In this document: positions 57,353 to 64,000 of the stretch, in pieces
How the letters are laid out: every line of letters starts with the position of its first letter
Position numbering within the stretch: position 1 is the stretch's first letter
The notes under the pieces: model-generated
Told to the model about the DNA's origin: nothing
The model's input: the letters and a program-made list of their open reading frames with translations, nothing else
Databases searched by the model: none
Program-made: the position numbers and the translations under genes
Assembly: GCA_963772835.1 (NCBI GenBank)
Contig: CAVYYZ010000001.1
Location: 1 to 64,000, forward strand
DNA from: an uncultured delta proteobacterium
Lineage (GTDB): Bacteria > Desulfobacterota > Desulfuromonadia > Geobacterales > Pseudopelobacteraceae
Length of the DNA stretch: 64,000 bases
Reading direction: 5' to 3'

Positions 57353-58651
57353 CTACTTTGCCTGAACGAAAGAAGCAGCACCGATAAAAGTATCTTTCCT
57401 GTGCAGACTGTTGTTGACTACCTCTACATGCCCGCGTAATTCCTGACCAACAATACTGTCTTCGCGAACCTTTACATTCATCAGAATTTCCGACAGTTTT
57501 CCTGTTTCGACTTGGTCCATGTTAAAAACCAGAGTGCCGTTTAGCTCCTGTTTAAAAGATACATCCGGCGCATCCTGAAAATCGACTTGAGGAGGGAGCT
57601 TAAGCCGAACGCTCAATTGTCGGGCAGACAACGAACCGGCATTGAGGACTGTTACCCGGTAATGAAGTTCTTCGCCAGGAGTTACTTTTTGTTTGACCAG
57701 TTTTGCAACCGCGCGGACGAGTGGTGCAGAGCCGATTATAACGGCCTCTTTTTTAAACCTGACATCATTGAATTTGGCCGATACGGCTGTGATCGAAAAA
57801 ACGGTGCGATAGCCATCAACCATTTCGGTCGGCATTATGAACACAACAGCTCCCCTGAATGTTTCGCCTGAAGCAAGTTTCAGTCGAGTTACGCGTTCAT
57901 CCGGTTTGTTTGATCCGGACAGGATGGCATTGTATTCATTGGGTGCCGTTACCGTTAGCAAGAAATCCTCGCTGGATTTACCACTGTTGGTAACTTCAAT
58001 CGGTATACTGCCGATAGTTCCGACAGGAACCAAATACGGTCCTGCACCTCTGTTCACCGATATTGTCGCTGTTATGCCTGTCTTGGCACGTTTCTCCGCC
58101 TGCAGACGTTCGTTCTCAAGCTGTTCTTTCTCCCGTTTGATCCGAGCCTGATTCTCCTGATCAATCTTCGCTTTTGCTGAGCGCTCCATCACAATTATAA
58201 GTTCTGCTGCCCGTTCGCGAGCCAGTCTGTCAGAGCTGATTTTGCGGGCTGCGGTCTGAAGAGTACTGTCGGCAGTAAGTACTTCCCCCTTTTGATGGCG
58301 ACTCACCAGCTGTGTTAGCTCATCTTCAATGGAAGCCTTAAGGCTGCTTTCAGGAAATTCGGTTGAAAACAGAGAAGTAAACTTTGCTGCACGCTCTAAA
58401 TCCCCGGATTTGAGGCTGGCTCGAGCAATAAGCAGCAGAGTCACATCCCTGAGAGGGGAATTCGGGAAGACCTGGTTTAATTGTTCACACTTTTCCAGCG
58501 CAAGCAGGTAATCTTTCTGCTGGTATGCGTTGAAAGCAGCCACAAAAACGGTGGAATCATCAATTTCAGCAGCGTGGACCGGGGCAGCAAAAAATAAAAA
58601 GAAAAACAGCAACAGAATGAGTTGAATTAAAGTGCTGGTAATACATTTCAT
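57353..58651 (-). CDS. Exported protein with TPR/BamD-like N-terminus, coiled coil and Ig/DUF11-like C-terminus
   Basis: Signal peptide; AFNAYQQKDY...FPNSPL helical repeats; K/E-rich coil; VTPGEELHYRVTVLNAG. Confidence 0.65.
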   Translation of the reverse strand: MKCITSTLIQLILLLFFFLFFAAPVHAAEIDDSTVFVAAFNAYQQKDYLLALEKCEQLNQVFPNSPLRDVTLLLIARASLKSGDLERAAKFTSLFSTEFPESSLKASIEDELTQLVSRHQKGEVLTADSTLQTAARKISSDRLARERAAELIIVMERSAKAKIDQENQARIKREKEQLENERLQAEKRAKTGITATISVNRGAGPYLVPVGTIGSIPIEVTNSGKSSEDFLLTVTAPNEYNAILSGSNKPDERVTRLKLASGETFRGAVVFIMPTEMVDGYRTVFSITAVSAKFNDVRFKKEAVIIGSAPLVRAVAKLVKQKVTPGEELHYRVTVLNAGSLSARQLSVRLKLPPQVDFQDAPDVSFKQELNGTLVFNMDQVETGKLSEILMNVKVREDSIVGQELRGHVEVVNNSLHRKDTFIGAASFVQAK

Positions 58652-58655
58652 CAAG

Positions 58656-60404
58656 CTAATCCACAAAACTCTTCAATTTTTTACTACGACTTGGATGACG
58701 CAGTTTACGTAGAGCCTTTGCCTCAATCTGACGGATACGTTCACGGGTTACCTCAAAATCCTGCCCAACCTCCTCAAGAGTGTGGTCACTTTTTTCGCCA
58801 ATACCAAACCTCATTCTGAGAACTTTCTCTTCACGCGGTGTCAATGTGGCGAGTACCTTGGCAGTGCTTTCAGAAAGATTGTTCTTGATGACCGCTTCAA
58901 TCGGAGAAATAACTCCTTTGTCCTCGATAAAATCTCCAAGATGAGAATCTTCTTCCTCGCCTATCGGTGTTTCAAGCGAGATAGGCTCCTTGGCTATTTT
59001 CAGTACCTTACGCACTTTGTCAAGAGGCAGCTGCATCCGCTCAGCTATTTCTTCAGGAGAAGGTTCGCGGCCATTTTCCTGTACCAATTGGCGACTGGTG
59101 CGTATTAATTTATTGATTGTCTCGATCATGTGAACCGGTATACGAATTGTGCGGGCCTGATCGGCAATAGCCCGGGTTATGGCCTGTCGGATCCACCAGG
59201 TTGCATACGTTGAAAATTTATAGCCGCGCTGATATTCGAACTTATCAACCGCTTTCATCAGGCCGATATTTCCCTCCTGAATAAGATCAAGAAACTGCAA
59301 TCCACGGTTGGTATATTTTTTAGCTATCGATACAACGAGTCGTAAATTTGCCTCTATGAGTTCGCTTTTTGCAATACGGGCCTTGCACTCTCCCTCCTCG
59401 ATCGCCTTTAGTGCTGCAGCGAGATCGCGTGCTTTGAAGCCTGACTCCTGCTCTACTTTTTGAATTTTACGCGCTGCGGTTCGCAGACGCTTCTCCATCT
59501 TCACTGTTTCTTCTTCGTCTAATTTGAGTTTGTTGAGTTCTGTGGTACATTTTTCATCATCATTTTGCAGTTTATCAAGAAGGGCCTTCAGTTTTTCCAC
59601 AGAAATAATTTTTTCAAGATCGGATAGTTCTGCCTGAAGAATATCAACCTTGCCGGATAACTCCTTAAGGCGTTCTGCCACTTTATTCGTGTGGCGATCT
59701 TTCAGTCTCAGTGATTTCAGAAGCTCTGCCTGACGATCTTTTCCGTCGCGCAGCTTTTTTTCCAACTCCTTTTTCTTTGCGGGAGATTTAGCAGCAGCAA
59801 TTGTTTCTGTCATCTCTATCAATATCTGATCCTGAGCGATAATCGCATCGATAATCTCAAGAATTCTCGTTTTCTGAACATCTTCTTCATCTTCCTCCAA
59901 CACTTCTTCTTCAACTTCTTTGCTGACTTCCGAAGGGTTAATCTGGAATTTACGAAGCCGTTCTCCCAGTGAAAGAACTTCTTTGACAGTGATCGGAGTA
60001 TTGAGTATCACGCCGGCAACGTCACGTTCACCATCTTCTATCCTTTTGGCGATCTCGACTTCACCTTCTCGAGTGAGAAGAGAAACCGAACCCATTTCGC
60101 GCAGATACATTCGGACAGGGTCACTGGTACGTCCAATAGACCCCGGCTCAAATTCCACTTCTTCTGACTCACCTTCCGCTTCCTCATCATCGTCAAGTTC
60201 ATTTTTAAGTTTCGGAATCTTGATTTTCTGAGCTGAATCAACTATTTCTATGTCGAGGTCGCCAAACATACCCATGACATCTTCAATCTGATCTGTCGCA
60301 ATGTCTGGAGGGAGTATGTCATTAACTTCCTCATAGGTTAAGAACCCTTTCTCTTTGCCGATATCAATCAGCTGTTTAACGTTGTCCATATTCTTTTTAG
60401 CCAT
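58656..60404 (-). CDS. rpoD: Primary sigma factor RpoD
   Basis: [57 protein letters not shown]. Confidence 0.98.
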   Translation of the reverse strand: MAKKNMDNVKQLIDIGKEKGFLTYEEVNDILPPDIATDQIEDVMGMFGDLDIEIVDSAQKIKIPKLKNELDDDEEAEGESEEVEFEPGSIGRTSDPVRMYLREMGSVSLLTREGEVEIAKRIEDGERDVAGVILNTPITVKEVLSLGERLRKFQINPSEVSKEVEEEVLEEDEEDVQKTRILEIIDAIIAQDQILIEMTETIAAAKSPAKKKELEKKLRDGKDRQAELLKSLRLKDRHTNKVAERLKELSGKVDILQAELSDLEKIISVEKLKALLDKLQNDDEKCTTELNKLKLDEEETVKMEKRLRTAARKIQKVEQESGFKARDLAAALKAIEEGECKARIAKSELIEANLRLVVSIAKKYTNRGLQFLDLIQEGNIGLMKAVDKFEYQRGYKFSTYATWWIRQAITRAIADQARTIRIPVHMIETINKLIRTSRQLVQENGREPSPEEIAERMQLPLDKVRKVLKIAKEPISLETPIGEEEDSHLGDFIEDKGVISPIEAVIKNNLSESTAKVLATLTPREEKVLRMRFGIGEKSDHTLEEVGQDFEVTRERIRQIEAKALRKLRHPSRSKKLKSFVD

Positions 60405-60436
60405 GTGTAATCACCTCAAGGGAACAGTATTTATTG

Positions 60437-62188
60437 TCAAAGTTTCGATTTTCGTGTACGCAACGTGTCGGCATGTTTTAGAAGAAGTCCGTATTCTTCG
60501 CTGTTTGCATCCAGTACAGCAAGTCGCGCGGCTATATCCTTGATTGATGAAAGTTTCTTCTTCTCATGGCTTCGTGTACACTGATCAAACACGGCACGCC
60601 ATTCAATACCTGCCAGATATTCGTCTGAAACCATTATCCGGGAAAAGAGTGTTTTCTGCTCAGGGTTTTCGAGCGTCTCAGCAATTTGACTCAATATCTG
60701 ACAGTCGTCGGAGCTATTTAAAGTGTTAAGCACCAATTGAGCAAGTACAAGGTAATCATCACTGAATATTGTTTCAAGGCCGATCCGGACTATTTCTGTC
60801 CGGGCTTCAGAGTAATTCAAAAATAATGTCAACAGAGTGTCTTGAACGGTGTCGATCGGCTGTTTATCAATGCTTTGATGTGCGGGCTCGTCCTGCCGTG
60901 AGAGGTTCCCGCCCCCAATGCGTTTACGAAATGCATGAACTGTAATTCCCAGCAGCCTACAAATTTCCTTCTCATATAAATCGCGCTCTACTGAGTCAGC
61001 TATTTTACGGAAACGGGGTACAATTTCATCAATTATCCTGACTTTACTGTCAACGCTATCCGGCGGCGTCTCTGCCAATAGAGAACGTACGAAATATTCA
61101 AAAGCGGGCCGCGCCTGATCCAATCGAGCGATAAAATCTTCAGCTGAATGTGCGGCCAGAAAACTGTCCGGATCATCGCCGATCGGCAATGAAACCACAT
61201 ACACCGGCAAGCGTTGCTCGAGAAAAAGCTCCATCGAACGAATAGTTGCTTTTTTTCCTGCATTATCACTATCGAACAGGGTATAGACACGATCAGCATG
61301 ACGCTTGATCAGTCCGGTATGAGTAGTTGTTAGAGCCGTTCCGCAGGTAGCTACAACGTTCTGCACGCCGGCCCGATACAGTGCCAGATGGTCGAAGTAA
61401 CCCTCTACAATTATAACTGAGTTTCCAGTCCTAATGGAAGGTAGCGCCAGGTCCAACCCGAAAAGCACAGAACTCTTGTGGTAGAGTGGCGATTCGGGAG
61501 AGTTGATGTATTTTGGCAGCGATGAATCCAGTACACGTCCAGCAAAAGCAATAACCTGCCCGCGCGCATCATTGATCGGAAAAATCAGGCGGTTTCGGAA
61601 AAGGTCGTACCAACCGGAATCAGACTTGCGGATTATACCGAGCTTAAGGGCGAGATCTAGATCAATGCCGTTATTTTTCAAGTGCTTAACGAGTCCATCG
61701 CGCCGGTCAGGTGCAAAGCCAAGACGATAATACTCTGAAATATCAGACTCGACCGAGCGATTGCCGAGATATGTACGGGCCGGTTCCCCTTCCTGCCCGT
61801 TTAGAAGAATCGAGCGGTAGTAGGATACAGTCAGATTGTTAATGTGCAGGAACTGGGCATGTTCATTCTGCGTTTTTTTTTCCGAAGGAGTAAGCTGACG
61901 CTCCTCAATTTCTATCCCGGCTTTTCTGGCAAGCAGTTTAACTGCTTCGGGAAAACTAACTCCCTCGATCTTCATGATAAAAGAGAACGCGTTACCGCCG
62001 GTGCCGCACCCAAAACAGTGAAAAATTTCCCGTGCAGGATTTACATTGAAAGACGGTGTCTTCTCCGCATGAAACGGGCAAAGGCCAAGGAAGTTGCCGC
62101 CGGCGCGCCTGAGCGAGACATAATCTGAGACAACCTCAACAATCGAAAGTCGATCAGCAACTTCGCGTACCTTCTCTTCAGGTATCAT
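60437..62188 (-). CDS. dnaG: DNA primase
   Basis: CPFHAEKTPSF, CFGC, KYINSPE, VEGYFD, FDSDNAG, DPD. Confidence 0.97.
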   Translation of the reverse strand: MIPEEKVREVADRLSIVEVVSDYVSLRRAGGNFLGLCPFHAEKTPSFNVNPAREIFHCFGCGTGGNAFSFIMKIEGVSFPEAVKLLARKAGIEIEERQLTPSEKKTQNEHAQFLHINNLTVSYYRSILLNGQEGEPARTYLGNRSVESDISEYYRLGFAPDRRDGLVKHLKNNGIDLDLALKLGIIRKSDSGWYDLFRNRLIFPINDARGQVIAFAGRVLDSSLPKYINSPESPLYHKSSVLFGLDLALPSIRTGNSVIIVEGYFDHLALYRAGVQNVVATCGTALTTTHTGLIKRHADRVYTLFDSDNAGKKATIRSMELFLEQRLPVYVVSLPIGDDPDSFLAAHSAEDFIARLDQARPAFEYFVRSLLAETPPDSVDSKVRIIDEIVPRFRKIADSVERDLYEKEICRLLGITVHAFRKRIGGGNLSRQDEPAHQSIDKQPIDTVQDTLLTLFLNYSEARTEIVRIGLETIFSDDYLVLAQLVLNTLNSSDDCQILSQIAETLENPEQKTLFSRIMVSDEYLAGIEWRAVFDQCTRSHEKKKLSSIKDIAARLAVLDANSEEYGLLLKHADTLRTRKSKL

Positions 62189-62676
62189 TTTTTCTGACCA
62201 TTGGAGCTGCGCCATTCGGAGAGAAAACGATCTCCGGTTTGAGCCAGCATGTTGGCAGTCTCTGTCGACCGAATTTTGTTACGTACCTGCTCAGGCATGA
62301 ATCCGGAGGAGGCTATACTGAAAGCCATGCAGAGCAGCAATGCCCCCTCAGCAAACCCGATAAGCAGTCCTCCAAGTCGGTTCAGGCTGCCCAGCATGAC
62401 AAGTCGCAGCGCGGCCGTTATGACATTGCCTAAAATATGGGCACAGATTCCTATGACCAGCAGTATAATGATAAAAGCAAGGAACGAAGCCAGGTGCTCA
62501 GGCAGATGAAGTGATCTTTTTATCGGTACTGCGAGCAGTGGGTGAAATCGATATGCCAGCCAACCTCCCACCAGAAGACCCGCCAGGGAAGAAGCCTCAT
62601 TGACAAGTCCACGGATCAGGCCTTTGATCGCAAAGAAGCAGAGTACTAATAAAATGATTACGTCAATAAAGTTCAT
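62185..62676 (-). CDS. cvpA: CvpA family protein
   Basis: MNFIDVIIL, KGLIRGLVNE, LNRLGGLLIG. Confidence 0.88.
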   Translation of the reverse strand: MNFIDVIILLVLCFFAIKGLIRGLVNEASSLAGLLVGGWLAYRFHPLLAVPIKRSLHLPEHLASFLAFIIILLVIGICAHILGNVITAALRLVMLGSLNRLGGLLIGFAEGALLLCMAFSIASSGFMPEQVRNKIRSTETANMLAQTGDRFLSEWRSSNGQKK

Positions 62677-62765
62677 TGTGGCGGTACGACCAATTTACAA
62701 AGAAGGGGCCATCTCAATGAAAGCCCCTTGACAGTGTAATTATAACAGAACATTTTCTCAGCACA

Positions 62766-63209
62766 TCACGCTAGGTGTTTCCGGACAGCATCACTTACCG
62801 TTTTGCCATCGGCTTTGCCTGCGGTAAGAGGTGTAACTGCTTTCATGACACGTCCCATGTCTTTTGCGCCGTGTGCGTCAATATTCTGTATGATCTGCAG
62901 TATCAGCGTGTCAATTTCTTCACTGCTCAATTGGGTAGGGAGGAATTCAAGCAGGACAGCCAGTTCTAATTCCTCTTTTGCTGCGAGTTCAGGCCGGTTC
63001 CCTTCACAATACATCCGAATAGATTCACGGCGTTGTTTGGCCATGGTTGATATAACGTCAATCACTGCCTGGTCGTCAAGTTCAATGCGGGTATCAATTT
63101 CACGATTTTTAATTGCAGCACGAACCATGCGAACAGCCGAAAGGCGCAGGTTGTCCCGCGCCTTCATGGCTGCTTTCATCGCATCGTTTAACTGTTCTTT
63201 CAGTGACAT
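62766..63209 (-). CDS. GatB/YqeY domain protein
   Basis: MKAAMKARD, KQRRESI, FLPTQLS, KDMGRVM. Confidence 0.93.
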   Translation of the reverse strand: MSLKEQLNDAMKAAMKARDNLRLSAVRMVRAAIKNREIDTRIELDDQAVIDVISTMAKQRRESIRMYCEGNRPELAAKEELELAVLLEFLPTQLSSEEIDTLILQIIQNIDAHGAKDMGRVMKAVTPLTAGKADGKTVSDAVRKHLA

Positions 63210-63241
63210 ACGGTTTGATCCTGACCCTGAATAACGGGGAG

Positions 63242-63439
63242 TTAATCGATCATTTTACGTTGTTTTTTAAGGGCGCGCTTGCGGGCGGCTATTGCCTTCT
63301 TCTTGCGCTTGATGCTTGGTTTCTCGAAATGCTCGCGTTTACGGACTTCGGAGAGAATCCCCGCCTTCTCGCACTGTTTTTTGAACTTCTTCAGTGCCAT
63401 TTCAAACGGTTCGCTATCCTTAATTTTTACTCCCGGCAT
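63242..63439 (-). CDS. rpsU: 30S ribosomal protein S21
   Basis: [28 protein letters not shown]. Confidence 0.97.
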   Translation of the reverse strand: MPGVKIKDSEPFEMALKKFKKQCEKAGILSEVRKREHFEKPSIKRKKKAIAARKRALKKQRKMID

Positions 63440-63513
63440 GTAAAATCACCCCCATCCTGTTTTAATTCTGATAATAAATATAATGCAATTGGTGAAAAAA
63501 TTGAGAGTTTTGT

Positions 63514-63541
63514 ACAATAGCACACCGTTCAACTTTGTCAA
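63514..63541 (-). promoter_or_regulatory. Sigma70-type promoter of the rpsU-yqeY-cvpA-dnaG-rpoD run
   Basis: Minus strand TTGACA-16 bp-TATTGT with extended TG. Confidence 0.5.
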
Positions 63542-63562
63542 TAAACAAATGTACCGTAAAGG

Positions 63563-63901
63563 TCATGGGTCAATGTGCTTAGGTCGGGCTGCTTTTTCTG
63601 AAATTCCTGATGTACCGAATCTTCGCCGCAACTCATTGTAAATCTCTTCGGGCGGAATATTCTGGTGACCGAGCAAGACAAGCAGATGGAAAAGCAGATC
63701 GGCTGTTTCGTATACTATTTCGTTTTGCTTCCCCCCTTTGGCAGCAATAACTACTTCCGTTGCTTCCTCACCGATTTTTTTAAGAATTTTGTCAATCCCG
63801 CCCCGCATGAGAGATGCGGTATAGGAATTCTCAGCCGGATGTGCCTTGCGGTCGAGTATGACCTGATAAACGGCCTGGAGGATGTCACTATCATTCGTCA
63901 T
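63563..63901 (-). CDS. hisE: Phosphoribosyl-ATP diphosphatase
   Basis: [26 protein letters not shown]. Confidence 0.95.
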   Translation of the reverse strand: MTNDSDILQAVYQVILDRKAHPAENSYTASLMRGGIDKILKKIGEEATEVVIAAKGGKQNEIVYETADLLFHLLVLLGHQNIPPEEIYNELRRRFGTSGISEKAARPKHIDP

Positions 63902-64000
63902 AAGCGCACCTCAACTCCTTTGGCACGAAGATATTCCTTTGCCTCACCAATGGTGTACTCCCGGTAGTGAAAAATCGAAGCTGCCAGACAGGCACTGGCT
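63898..64000 (-). CDS. hisF: Imidazole glycerol phosphate synthase cyclase subunit, 3' end only
   Basis: [33 protein letters not shown]. Confidence 0.9.
   Translation of the reverse strand, partial: ASACLAASIFHYREYTIGEAKEYLRAKGVEVRL

Overview
The window joins two unrelated genomes at about 20,990. Bases 1-~20,990 are very GC-rich Planctomycetota (Gemmataceae-like) DNA. They carry lptF/G, a secreted Cys/Pro-rich repeat protein, trxB, a VapBC-type pair, argA, an ECF sigma factor with a long C-terminal extension, trpG/pabA, a DUF11 protein, a polar amino-acid ABC transporter, mqnD and an Arg/Leu-transferase. Several families of intergenic palindromic (REP/MITE-like) elements are interspersed. 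Bases ~20,991-64,000 are Geobacteraceae-like. They begin with a small toxin-antitoxin island, followed by a group 3c [NiFe]-hydrogenase/HdrA operon (mvhG-mvhA-protease-hdrA-mvhD). This operon has no hdrB/hdrC in the window and ends instead in a Cys-rich TusA and an Hpt-REC-REC-GGDEF gene. Next come recN, nadK, valS, pgm, nifU/nifS, an E1-less sucB-lpdA pair, pyk and a full rRNA operon (16S-Ile-Ala-23S-5S). A lower-GC housekeeping block follows (degQ, obgE, proB, rpoD, dnaG, rpsU, hisE/hisF). Many genes before 43 kb are split by single-base indels that look like sequencing errors; none after 48.7 kb are. The best candidate for an undescribed system is the HdrBC-less Mvh-HdrA-TusA module. Gene calls rest on motif recognition only; no database searches were run.
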